From NCBI GenBank assembly GCA_009103225.1, contig RHPI01001116.1, positions 482,463 to 514,156 of the forward strand: DNA of 31,694 nucleotides, given 5' to 3'. Positions 12,385 to 25,924 of this stretch are shown here, piece by piece. Position numbers and translations under genes: made by a program. Position 1 is the stretch's first letter. The number at the start of each line of letters is the position of its first letter. The notes under the pieces are model-generated. The model was not told the DNA's origin, did no database searches, and saw nothing but the letters and a program-made list of their open reading frames with translations. This DNA comes from Chlorokybus atmophyticus (lineage: Eukaryota > Plantae > Mesostigma and Chlorokybus algae).

Positions 12385-13290
12385 ATGCGCGCGCAAGCCA
12401 TAGCACGCAACGGCAACAGTGCAACTCACACTCATCGCCAAGGCAAAGAGTGGAGCGAGTTCGTTGCTTACTTGCGCGCAATCGAAGTGGAAGTAAGTGA
12501 GGTTACACCCGCTGTAGTTGTTGCATACATAGAGGGTGCATGGCACAGCAGACATGGCAAGCATGGTCGCGTTACCACGGCCAGCGGGCAGCGCAGACTA
12601 TCTAGTCGCATTGTGCGCAACGCCGTCAGCAAGTTGTCCATGAGCTTTACCCAACTGCGATTTGGACAACATTGGGACAGCCATCAGCAGCGCGGCAACC
12701 CTTGCAAGCGGGCATCACCATACAACAAGCCCACCCGTTGGGGTTGGAAGACATGCGCAAGCTGCTCGCGCACATGGAGCTGCGCATCAGTGCTAGCAAC
12801 GGACCCCAAAAGGTGAGGTTTACTCAGTCTGCACTCGCACGCAAACTTGTGACACCCAGTCTATGACGCAGGTACTATTGATGCGGGATAGGCTAATCTT
12901 TATTTGCCTATGGTTATCGTGGCAACGCGGAGCGGAGGGGTGCAAGTTGCAACTGGAGAGCATTTCACAGCAAGCAGAGGTATGAGCACGATGTCTCATT
13001 GCCAATGCCACCGGCATCAACACCGTTTGATGCAGGCAACGTGCAACCGGGGTTGCTGAAGAATTACAAGTCCAGCCCTGCACCTAGCATCACCTTTGGC
13101 AATGGCGGGCTGGACCTTGAGTTAAACGAGGAGTTACAGCAGTTTCAAGCCACTGCTGCAGGGCACCACCTAGCAATCAAGTCAGGCTATGTATTTCGTG
13201 CAATGCATCAGAGCCAAAAGAGCTGGGTAGATGGCCCCCTTGGGCGGGACGCAGAGTACGCAAGCTTCATCAAGCATGCATAAGCATGCG
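12385..13290 (+). pseudogene. Tyrosine recombinase of the DIRS, antisense to RT, C-terminally truncated
   Basis: N-terminal domain EWSEFVAYL...VTPAVVVAYIEGAW...GNPC, then AHPLGLEDMRKLL. A candidate 59-nt GT-AG intron (12813-12871) joins PQK|VLLMRDRLI; after a frameshift comes LWLSWQRGAE (first catalytic Arg). No HxxR or Tyr motifs appear before the RT junction. Confidence 0.75.
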
Positions 13291-13294
13291 GAAT

Positions 13295-14425
13295 CCATGC
13301 TGCCCCTATAAGCCATCGCCAAGTAACACCTGTCTGCCTTGCGCGCAGGGACGTGGTGATAACCACTCTTCATGTCGAATGTCGACTGGTATGCACCCAC
13401 CCCCGTGTAGTGCAGAACATCAGTCAAGCGCTCGTAGTGAAAAGGAATGTGTTCTAAGTACAAATTGACGTACCGCAGATCCATGATCAATCTAGGCTTG
13501 GGCTGATCGACAACACCAATGCCGGTCACAACGGTGACGTCCTCACGTCTCACCTCCTCCACCGCACCTGTCTCTACCAGGCTGGCCAGCTCTGCACACA
13601 CGAAGTCCTCATGCTGCAAGCTGGAATCGCAATTGGACATGTGCAGTGGTGGTGGCAGATTCTGGGCCAGCATGGCGTCGACTTCGTACATGGCCAGGCC
13701 CTCCTTCAGCAGAGTGTTCTTCACCTGGACGCGCTTGCGTGCTGCTGCTCCCGCGGTGCCAACGAAGCGGAGGGGGTAGCCATCCTGGAACCACTTGAGC
13801 ACTCTGCGCGCCAGAGGGTTGCTAGTTGCTGCACACCACATGCGCCACGCCTCCATGTGCTAGCTCGGCATACCCGCAAATCTGCCCGCATCGTGCATGA
13901 ATGCTGCCAGCATGGTATGCCACTCATGCTCATCAATAGCTGGCAGCTCCGGTTGATCCCCCACCTGCTTCAAGTTGTCTAAAACTTGCTGCACCTTGTG
14001 GGCTTGCCGTGCTACTAGCCAGGGCGCAGATGCCCGCACAGCTGGTAGCTGCCAGCGTTGGTCATGTGCGGACAGCAAGCCAACCGTCAGTAGCGGCTGT
14101 TCGTCTAGAGCATCAAAGAATGCGTCGCTGTCCGCATGCACAGCTCGCGGCGAGTGCACGACACCTTCGTCATCGCAGGCCCTGTCACAGCGGCCAGCGG
14201 TAGTGCTGGCGACCGATAGTAGACCAGCAGCAGCAAGCTGCAGCTCAGCAGCGGAGGCATGTACGTGGCCAGCAGCACCGAGGCCAGGGTCAGGCGCTGG
14301 GTCTGCTGAATGTGCAGGTGCGACGGCGCAAGCGACGGCGCTGCCCGGTGGAGCAGATGCAACTGCAAGGTGACTCCCGCTCCCAACGGGGATACCCCTG
14401 GAGCTTGCAAAAGACCAGAATCACA
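13295..14425 (-). pseudogene. DIRS pol (RT N-terminal half), truncated after motif A
   Basis: FAGMPS*HMEAW...VLKWFQDGYPLRF...ELASLVETGAVEEV...KPRLIMDLRYVN...TFDMKSGYHHV...RCYLAMAYRG, with one in-frame TAG at 13860-62. No LPFG, YxDD or RNase H follows. Confidence 0.88.
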
Positions 14426-14961
14426 CACGCTACGCGCTGAACGCCCCCCCAGACAGCATGCACGCAGGCACATGCCAAGCAGGCGCTGACACATGCAATG
14501 CGCACTCACAGCAGCGACTAGCAGGGAAAAGAAATGTAATAATTGAACAGAACAAAGAGAGGTTGATGTAGCTGCTAGCATAAAGAACTAAGCACACGGA
14601 AAAGAATAGCAAGAAACAACGTGACGCCTAACTACAACACAAGTACTACGACTGCCCAAAGCGCAGCAGCAAAGCTCATGCGACGGCGGTTGTCGCCTCT
14701 ATTGTTGTTGCCATTGTTGTTGCCGTTGTTGCCACCGTAGGTGGTGTTGCCATAGGGCTGAGTCCTTTGCTGCCTGCCTGACCTGTGGTAGCCATCGTCG
14801 CTGCCAGGATAGGTGTTGTTGTAGTTGTTGTTGTTGCGCACAGGGCCAGGTGCAGGCCTTCAAGTTCTGCTGAGTGGCAGCGCGAATTAGACAGGCGTTG
14901 CGCTCGGCCTCTCGCTGCGCGAGACAGCCGGCTGCAGATGCAGCGTGCACATGCGCAGCTG

Positions 14962-15144
14962 CCCAGATGACGGGACAACCGGCTGACGAATAGGTTACCC
15001 AAGCAAGGCAACCCGAATAGCGGGACAACCTGCAACTGCACAGCTACCCGAATAACGGGACGGCTAGCTGAAGAACAGGACGAGCAAGCACAGTCGCCCG
15101 AATAGCGGGACAGCCGGCCGAGCTAGCTGCCCGAACAACGGGAC
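14962..15144. repeat. ~85-bp tandem repeat of CCCG-N5-CGGGAC mini-hairpins in the DIRS leader/gag region
   Basis: Units at 14962 (degenerate), 15012, 15047, 15097 and 15130; spacings 50, 35, 50, 33. Confidence 0.8.
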
Positions 15145-15610
15145 AACCGCTGACGACATCGTTTTACGGGTGTGCTTGCAGCCATCTGAGTGACGAGACA
15201 TAGGAAGGAAGTAGTGCGAAGGCGCATGCGTGACAGCCGGTGACGCCGACAGCTGATGAGGATGACGCTAGCGCTCTACCGCTGAGCTGCACGACCGCAT
15301 GCAGGGACAAGTGCGAAAGCACCGTTCCCAGTAGCTAGCACAGGACACTAGGCTAGGTACGCAGCTACACAGCAGGCTACAAGCAGTTGCGGGTAGCGGC
15401 CCTGGCAGCTACGACATGCACGGCCATTTCATACAAGGCTCAAAGGTTGGGAACAAAGAAAATAGTAATAACATGAAACATACACCACCTTTGTTTACAT
15501 ACCTCAACTCGTTTTTCCCCGGCTCCATCGCCGCATGCGATTTCTTCTTTCCAAAGATGGCGAGCACCTCTTCAATGAGGAGACAACCCTCACCACCGGT
15601 GCACGTGCAC

Positions 15611-15702
15611 GTGCGATACGGCAGGTAAGTCCTCTACGGCATTAAATGTATGCCCAGAGCCAGCCTATTGCATAGCAACTCTATATGAAGGAACACACAG
15701 AG
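15611..15702. repeat. DIRS split repeat A (terminal copy)
   Basis: Direct repeat of 11962-12053, ending in CACACAGAG. Confidence 0.95.
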
Positions 15703-17417
15703 ACAGCGTGAAATCGGCAATGACAAGCTTTGCATAGTGCAAGGTTGCAGGAAGACTTTCTCATCTTCCGATGCTGCTTGAGGACTCATAATCAATCACA
15801 GATTAGCATATGCTGAATACAAGGAAACCATCCCAAGCTTATCAAGATAATAAAACTCGCTAAGTGCAACTTGCTCAATATTCTGGTTTACAATAAATGT
15901 ATTACTACTTATCAACATGTGCCGTTATTGTTATAGTAATAACATATAATATAATATATGCAAGATTCTGTCATATGCATAACTTAATGGATCTTTGCCC
16001 GTTTGGTAAGCGCCCTCGTTCATGTATATACACTTACATTTTAAATAATAAATAACTTCTGCAGAAGCGCTATCAAGGACGAAAAAGATGCCGTTGGACT
16101 CTTAAACCAGGGACTTGCAATAAGTGCAATTGCTCAATGTTTGGCAATGTAATGATGTTATAAACAAAATAAAGTTTTAAGATTTTGCTAATTTCAAATG
16201 GTTTGATGACAGCGTCACGACACACGTAATGCAACACAGTATTTGCACTTGGCTGAAGGTCGGCAACATGCAAATTACAACAAACATGATTTGCCTTTAT
16301 GTGTGAGAGCTTCGCCTACCAGTTACCAGACAGTATTGTGTGCTAACAAATGTGAGAATCTTTTCAACACCATCATATATGTTAATTGCATGCACATCTT
16401 CACCAACAAGGTATCTTTAAGTAAATGCTGTCGAATTAACATTCGGTTTGCAGTGCAATGCACTTGAGCCTACTGCACGTACAAATCACACCACGCAAGA
16501 TTACATATAATACATGATGGAATAATGCAGCAAGTATTGTACCATACGGGCCAGTACGTATGTGTAAATGTGCAAGTGCGCAAAGTTTCAAGTTTGCATG
16601 TATGATACGTTGCTTATGTAATATCATCATATCTAATACATGTAAAACATTTACATTATATAATTACAACCATATGCGCAACACGTGAGGGAGCGGACTA
16701 GCAATATGTACATTACATAATTGATTCTAACTTCAATGTAAAACTGAGTGCTAAATGTATGATACCATAAAAGTCAAGTGCAACAAGTGATGTGAACAAA
16801 ATTATGCCAACATTATGCTTAATAAGATTAATTATAATGCATACATACTGTAAAAAAGTACAACACAATACCATAAAAGCAATTAAAACACTTTAATGAG
16901 GTTTGATGTTACAACGCGCTTCATATGTATACCTTAAGTATGTGCTAAGTAATAGAAGATGTAATAAGCTGAAATTTGAGTCATATTAAATTGCGTACAC
17001 ATAATATCTTGTATGCCACGTGTGCACAATATGAACACCCGCTTGCATGATTACAATTACGCATGTTGAAATATCCTTCACATGCTGCTGCTATGAGATG
17101 CCTTTACGTCACACCTGCTCCCTAACAATAATGCAAGTCCTTACCATAATGGTGCCTGTTGGCAAGGTTTTCATGCTGTACCGTTGCGTTTCATGCTTTG
17201 CAAATTGCAACCCCTGCAGGTTGCAACTTGCAAAGCTTGTATTGCATGATGATGTTGATTGCATTCCCTCAGCGAGGCCACGATGTGTCTGCATTCACAT
17301 CACGCCGCGTGGCACCAGGACAGGACAGCGGCGGCGGCAGCGGAGCATGAGGACACGGTGGGGCCGGACCAAGGGTGGGCAGAATGAGCTTGTTACCTGG
17401 ACCTGGGCTGATTCAAA

Positions 17418-17461
17418 GTAATTGCAACTGACCAATTAATTGCTTGGTCAGTTGCACTTAC
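17418..17461. other. Isolated 13-bp perfect (18-bp with one mismatch) inverted repeat
   Basis: TGCAACTGACCAA-TTAATTGC-TTGGTCAGTTGCA. Confidence 0.85.
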
Positions 17462-17863
17462 TACAGTCAAGATAGCAGCAGGGGTCACTCTTAATAGCGC
17501 GCTTAGCGGCTGCATGGTGAGGGGCGTGTGGTTTAAAGCAATGAGCACAGAACTGCGTCATTGTCAGTTGGTTTGATGGTATCTTGCCTTTACAACGTTG
17601 CTTTGATTTACCAGTCTTAAGCACGCCTGGTCGGTTTCCTGCTTATGCTGCTCGCGCATGTTGCTGCTATCGGATCAACAGCTATGTATCAGCTTGGGAC
17701 TGCTTGTCTTGCAAGACACAAGCACCTGACTGCGCCCTTGTACCAACACGTTTGTTCTATTGTCAGCAGGTCACTCATTGTGCTGTTCAAAGCTAGCAGT
17801 ACTGGTCGAGTTCATCCCACAAGCATGGTGCTGGGTTTGCTCAACTAAGTAGGGCTTGCTGGC

Positions 17864-20118
17864 ATGCTGCGGACTGTTGTTGCAGCTGTTGTTTGGCTGC
17901 TAGTAGTAGGAACAGTTGCTTCAGCGGCGTCCAAAAGCACTCGCTTCTGGCAGGCAAAGCCACTACAGGTGCGCAGCATGCATGTGAACTATGCATTGTA
18001 ACCGTTCACGTGGATTGAGCAGCGCGTTGTGCTTGTCAGTATACAGAGAGTGAACTCACAGCAGGATGCGCTGTTCTAATCACTATGACAGTCTCGTAAT
18101 CCTAGGACAGACTCGCACATCAGCATGATGTCAATTGCCTGCAGCAGTGAAGCTGCTCTCTCTTGCTTTCTTGTCATGGCTTCTGATGGTGACGTTTCAG
18201 GACAAGCTCCTTGCACATGCCACGAAAGTTCTCTCTAGGATTGACCTTGATTAGTGCTTGACACATTGTTGACAGCAGAGCCGGCGAGCTCTAGAGGAAG
18301 ATGGAGGCATTGTGCCACTCGTACTGCCAGCCATGCAAGCCGTGCAGTTCCTTACAACTACAGTGCTTCAAAACGGTGTGCCGCAGACGAGCACTGAAAC
18401 CACTCCGGTGTCGACAGTGTTCTTAGATGTATGTCGAATGCACTTCCAAGTGACCAGAACTACTGCCTCGTATATCATGTGATGACGCCGCGGAAACTCA
18501 GACTTGCGGCTATCAATTGACTGGTTCACATGTGATGGACTGGTCCACAGGTTGCTTTCCAGATATCCAGTGAAGCACTGCATACGGCAGCTCTCGCAAG
18601 CACACTCAATGGTACCAGTCCAGTTGACACATACCAGCTGGCACTGGTACAATTGCAGGAAAAGCAACAGCTGGAGTCCTTGACCACACCTGAGGTATCG
18701 GCTGTTCTTGAAGTCGCACCACTCCCGTGCTGCGTTGTTGTGTTGAAATGGATACAGCTTACTTGTGCGCGCCAGCTGACAACATCAGTCATGTATTGTG
18801 GTTTAGTTTAATGTCATTTTTATTGTGTGCACAGGATCCGCTTTTGTATGCTGCTGATCTCACCCTGGCAGCCAGCAACGCCTTGGCAGCTGAGCTCAAC
18901 AACACTGCTGCAACTGAGTTGCAGTCCGGGTTGCTAACCATTGCGCTGACGGCTTTCAGTTTTGACAATATTCTAAGTGCAGCCTCGTATGCGACTCAAT
19001 CCAACATTGTCCAGCAGGTATTGTCCCCTACAATATCACTGCGGCTCGACTCTCTCCCCATCGCAACTTGTGGTTGACGTTGTTATTGTTGCAGGCCCAA
19101 CAACAGGGAGCCACATATTGCAACAGGGAGGCTCCGGCGCTGAGCAACTATCTTTGCATGCAGTACTACATGGGGATGTTGATGCTGGTGCGCATGTTCT
19201 CCGCGGGCGTGTTGACGGTTACCGGGACAGCCTCCAATTCCTACTGCCTGGCCAGGCTGATAGACGGACAGCTCGGCAGCTTTGACTACAACAATGCGGA
19301 CTCCGAGTCCAATCTGCTGCTCATTGACAGCACGCTGACCTACATCGCTGGCTATGACGTGAACAGGCCGTCGGTAAGTACCTCACGGTTGCAGCTGGAT
19401 TTCTCTTGTTGGGTCAGCTCTGAACATTGCTTCTAACTAGTTGTATACATTGCAGAAGCAGTTTCACTCTGGGCCTGTGCCGAACGGCTGCTTAGTGACC
19501 AAGTCTTTCACGAGCGATCCGCAATGCTACAACAATTGCATCAAAGCTTACACCGGTTTCGCTGCACCGAGGCCGTACTGGATTCTTATCTTCCTTGGTG
19601 TTGGAGTTATCCTTCTCATACTCACGGGCCTTCACGCCACAAATGTGTGTCTGAAAAGGCGGCGAGCAAGGCGCAGAGCTCGCGAGCGCGTGAACGCCGC
19701 CCCTGACGCGCCTTCACTACATGTTGAGTTTGATGAAGAGGCCCCCGCCAGCACGCACGTGTGGTCGGTCATCGTGCAACCAGACGGCAAACCCACATTG
19801 GGCATCGTGTCCGAGTCCGACAGCAAGTTTGGTGATGATGGTGCTGATCCAGGTAAGGGTTACGGCAAAAAGCAGGTTGATGCAAGCAAGCAGATTGATG
19901 ATGCTCCGTATGAGGGCCTGCTGCTTGTTGTGCCCGCGCGTGCACACCTGGCGGGCAGGAGTGAAGTGCGCCCACCGGTCTCACCCGTCTCGAGTGCAAA
20001 CCAACAACAAGAAGCACAGCAGCAGCAGCAACAAACACAACAACCGCCAAGCAGTGCTACCAGCACTGCCAGCTTCAACGCGCAATCTTCTGCGTATGGC
20101 TACAGTGCATACTTGTAA
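17864..20118 (+). CDS. 7-exon, 511-aa type I membrane protein of unknown function
   Basis: Exons 17864-17968, 18092-18188, 18364-18428, 18551-18694, 18835-19017, 19095-19373 and 19456-20118 are phase-consistent with GT-AG introns. Signal peptide MLRTVVAAVVWLLVVGTVASA; Cys-containing ectodomain; TM helix YWILIFLGVGVILLILTGL; basic stop-transfer KRRRARRRAR; Gln/Ser-rich tail. Confidence 0.8.
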
Positions 20119-20904
20119 CAGTCACAAAGGTCAATGTGTAGATTACTGTCATGTGTTGCAGTTGTCTGATAGTGTTTATACTATCTTATCTAGGTAGTTG
20201 ACATTGAATAAAGTCGATGACATACTGTGTATAGTATTCATGCGCGGCATGTCGCAATCTATAGACAGTGAATGCAGAAAAACGTGTTGGCAGTGATGGT
20301 AGGGGCCTGGGGTAAATTTATTGCCGGAAAAACCCCTATGAGACAGCACACAAACACAGCCGAAGCATAGTGATGCAACTGATGGTTGTTGCAACAGCAG
20401 CGGCCAAGTAGGGTCACAGAGCAAGTGGCATTACAAGGCAAACAACAGCATACAACACAAGAGCGCCTGACACAGACTGGGTGGGGGCCCACTAAGCTTA
20501 GCTAAATGAACTAGACACGAGAGTGGGGGTGCGTGGGGCATGGGGTGGGGGAAGGTGAAGACACGGGGAGAAGTTCACCTGCCAACACTGCGCAGGAGAT
20601 GTCAGCGATGCCCTCGCCACCAGCAGCATACACGTCCGGACTTCTACGGCCCCAAAAGGTTGCGCCGCCAGCCCAGGCCTTCATAGTCCTGCACTACTCA
20701 CAACGGCTCTTCGCTTGGCACAGTGCACAGTGCTAAGCAGTTGTGAATTGCATAACAGGGCATTGCATGAGTGTGCAGTGTGAGTAGGCAGTAGGTCAGC
20801 AGTTAGTAGTAGCAGCACGACCTGACTTGCATGCGGGCAGTGATCTGCTCCGCGCACTTGACTCTGAACAGAGCTTACCTGGACTTACCTGTCACCCGCC
20901 TCCG

Positions 20905-23560
20905 TTGGTCATTGCTTAGCGTCCAACTTTTGCACAAGCATCGTGTACAGCTGCCTGCAGTTGGTGTCATACCCTCTCGGGCATGTTCCACAACTTTCCT
21001 CTCAGTCTCCGCAAGAGTTGTCTCTGATTGTGTCCATCTCTGCACATGTCCTCTAGCAGCTGCAGCATCTCAGCCAACAATTGTGATCTGTATGTGCAGA
21101 TGCGCATGAAGCTGATGCACTGCGCCACGACCACTCCCTGCTTTGTGGTTCTTGCAATGTTGGAGTGAGGATGTGGTGCACGCTTGACCAGGATGCCTTC
21201 ATAGGCTGGGAGCAGTCGCTTGTTGTAGACCTTCATGCACAGCCCCATATTTTGGGTCTGGAACACATGTAAGTCCAAAAACGGCACAGCTACCCCTGCC
21301 GCTGACTGCGTCACTGTCAGCATGCCTTGCGGGTAGATACCTGCAAGTGCTGTAAGTGACAAGTAAAGCGCACTTTGCAGTTCATCGACCCCCGCCATAA
21401 ACAAGTCATCCACATAGCGTACTATGCATGTGGCAAAGCATAGCAACAATGCAGGGTTACCCAAAGCCTTGAACCGAATGATGAAGTCTAAGCTCGTGTG
21501 TGAAAAGCGTGTTGTTCGCCAAGTAGACCGCCGCACTACTTCCCATTGGTATTCCTATGCACTGCCTTTACACGCCATCTGCTGATGTCTGCACAAACAG
21601 ATTAGCCAGCACAAACTGCAGCAAAGCATGCAGCTGTGCTGCAGTGAAAGTACGTGTGCTTCCCTCCGTGCTTGTCACTGTGGCACCACACACCCACTTG
21701 TGTGTGGTTTCCCCTTGGAGCAACGTGATATGTAGGTGTGTGGCCCTGTGCACAGCATGCATCTTCGCGAACACCTTGTCCAAGCTACACATCCGTTGCC
21801 ACAAGTCTGGCTGCTGCAGTTTGGTATACAAGGTAGTGAAGTCCCAGCGTTGTCCTGGCGGTGTTGAGGTGTTGTCTCAACCGACCGAATGCGAGGGAAT
21901 CCTTGAGAATCCAGCTGTGCCTAGCCTCTGGCAACCCCACAGCTTTCTGCCATAACATGTCCACCACATCTTCCGTTGCTTTGTATGCTCTGGTCAGCCA
22001 TTGACTGGCCTCCGTCAGCGATGTGTTGAAGGCAGCAGCGATGAAACGTGGGGCTGGTGGCGACTTGTGCACCTTGATGGTGAGGTACATGTGCGGTGTA
22101 CATTGGGTGCTGCCAGGTGGGGCTGTACGAAAGTCATGCTGCTGGTTAAACTCTTGATGCAGCTGCAGAATGACCTGCATGCTGTCACTCTGCAGCTGGT
22201 AAGTATCAGTCTGCAATTCAGCACGCAAGCATGCCAAATAGTAAGCTCTGCAAACCACAGCAAACGTCCCAGCACACTTATCTACTTCTGTAATAATGAA
22301 ATGGCTGTGCAGTTGCTTGTTGTTGGCATTGGCCATGGCATCTACTTTGTAGCTGGAGAGGTCAGTGGCTGGCAACAAGTGCATGCGCATAGAAATATGA
22401 GACATAATCTCTTGAATGACTGCTTGCACCCATTGCTGCAGTACCCCTGGCTGGTTGTGCTCCGTTGATGAGCCTCTGCATACTCGTACAGACTCTTAGT
22501 CACTGCTGGTACACATACTGCAAAATTCGCCTTGATGAGCATCTCAAACTTAACCCCGCATTTGAGTAAAGTTTGCCACACCGGTGACAATGCCAATGCA
22601 TAATCACACGACACATTATGCTGCAAAGTAGGAAGAGCAAACTCTGCATATTCAGATGTCATGCATACGCATGCACATTTATCCTGCTGCTCCCTTGTTG
22701 GTGTTGTTGGTGTTGTGACGAAAGGCCCGCGATGCACAGCGATTTCCCCAGCACTTCGTCAAACTTCCACACCACTCGTGGCTGCTGCCAAGTCCTTTGC
22801 AGGTGTTGTGGGATTGCTGCTATCATGGGTGCCGCATCCAAGCATGCCTGCAAGCACATCACATCTGCTGCCACGTTTGGAGAAGCACATGTTGAGCATC
22901 TTCGAGAGGTTCCTGTGTTTGTACGCGTGAAGAGTGCAACGAAAGCGTCTGGCAAACATCTGATCCTGTATGAAACGCAAACGGCGTGCGTAGTTTCTGT
23001 AAGCAAAGATGCGCACATAGACATAATCTGGGACGACAACAGGTGGACGAAAGTGACGACCACGCAACACCACTCCATCTTAGCTCTGAAGTATGCTGGT
23101 CGTGATATGCGTGCTCATTTGGGTTCCTTATTGAAGCCCTTGGGAGCGTGGGTCTGAAATGCCTGAATCCACTTGCATTCCCTGCCACTCGCCACCTTCT
23201 GCCATTGCGCATCAGTCATCCCACCAAAATGAATGTGTTCAATCGGGGAGACCCCCCGTTAGCCACTCCCCTTCTGCGCATGTCTTTCTCGACTGGGGTT
23301 GTGTTGGCTGCTGCTGCGCGCTGCGCATGCTGTTTGAAACGCTCAAACGCAGTGTTGGAGGTTGGTTCCACTTGATATTTGCCATCTAGAGGGTATATCA
23401 TATAGATGCCATGTGTGTCTTCAGCTGGATGCAAAGCATTATGCAATTTTAGAAGGCTACATTGGTTCTCACAAGATCTTTGGAGGATAGGGAGTTTGGA
23501 GCCATGGCATGTTATCCATATGCGAGGCAGGTCGCAAATCATATACTTGACTGAGTACAT
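20905..23560 (-). mobile_element. Degenerate Penelope-like retroelement, Naiad/Chlamys type (N-terminal GIY-YIG + RT)
   Basis: In order across at least five frameshifts/stops: HGIYMIY...ERFKQH (GIY at 23410-23402); IEHI...RECKWIQAFQTHAPKGFN; CACVC...QH...LLKCGVKF; VDKCAGTFAVVCRAYY; WDFTTLYT (21846-21823); V*RQCIGIPMG; RYVDD (21416-21405); VPFLDL...HSNI...KQGVV...RIC thumb. Outer boundaries were not defined. Confidence 0.9.
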
Positions 23561-23774
23561 AGATATAGGAGCTTAGCTGACTACCTCTGGCTACTGTTGT
23601 ATAAACGTTGCTAAGACTATCATCAGCGAGCCTAACTACGTACTACAACTTATATAGAGCGCTCAAGCTCTCTATAGTACGCAAGCCATGCAACTGACTA
23701 CAAAATCCCTGTATATCAAGCGTGTAGCCAACCAAAATGGTATCACAGCCACCCAAATGGCTGCACCGGATGAA

Positions 23775-25920
<2,146 letters not shown>

Positions 25921-25924
<4 letters not shown>

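Larger units (their letters stand above)
11434..15702 (-). mobile_element. DIRS-order tyrosine-recombinase retrotransposon (PAT/kangaroo/TOC-like, split direct repeats), internally deleted
   Basis: In element orientation: A1(15702-15611), gag-like, RT, antisense YR, B1(12205-12045), A2(12053-11962), 367-bp unique segment, B2(11594-11434). A copies are 92 bp with 4 mismatches; B copies are 161 bp with 9 mismatches. RT motifs KPRLIMDLRYVN and FDMKSGYHHV are present. Confidence 0.92.
11323..15830 (+). pseudogene. Decayed exon with C2H2-like finger, interrupted by the DIRS insertion
   Basis: Removing the DIRS and keeping one 9-bp core gives an open frame after a TTTACAG acceptor: TQYAHWTHAERF...ETSISTQR|QREIGNDKLCIVQGCRKTFSSSDAA*GLIINH. 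The C-x4-C-x3-F spacing resembles a degraded C2H2 finger. Confidence 0.4.

Noticed and set aside
14962-15144. CRISPR-like repeat-spacer array
   Set aside because: The intervening sequences are short and partly repeated at an 85-bp period, the context is a eukaryotic retroelement, and there are no cas genes.
15245-15290. CTGATGAG in the DIRS leader as a hammerhead core
   Set aside because: No stem II or GAAA follows.
23585-23635. Hammerhead ribozyme upstream of the Penelope ORF (CTGATGA on minus strand at 23626-23620)
   Set aside because: The position fits, but the GAAA core is absent and stems I and II do not pair. At most an unprovable remnant.
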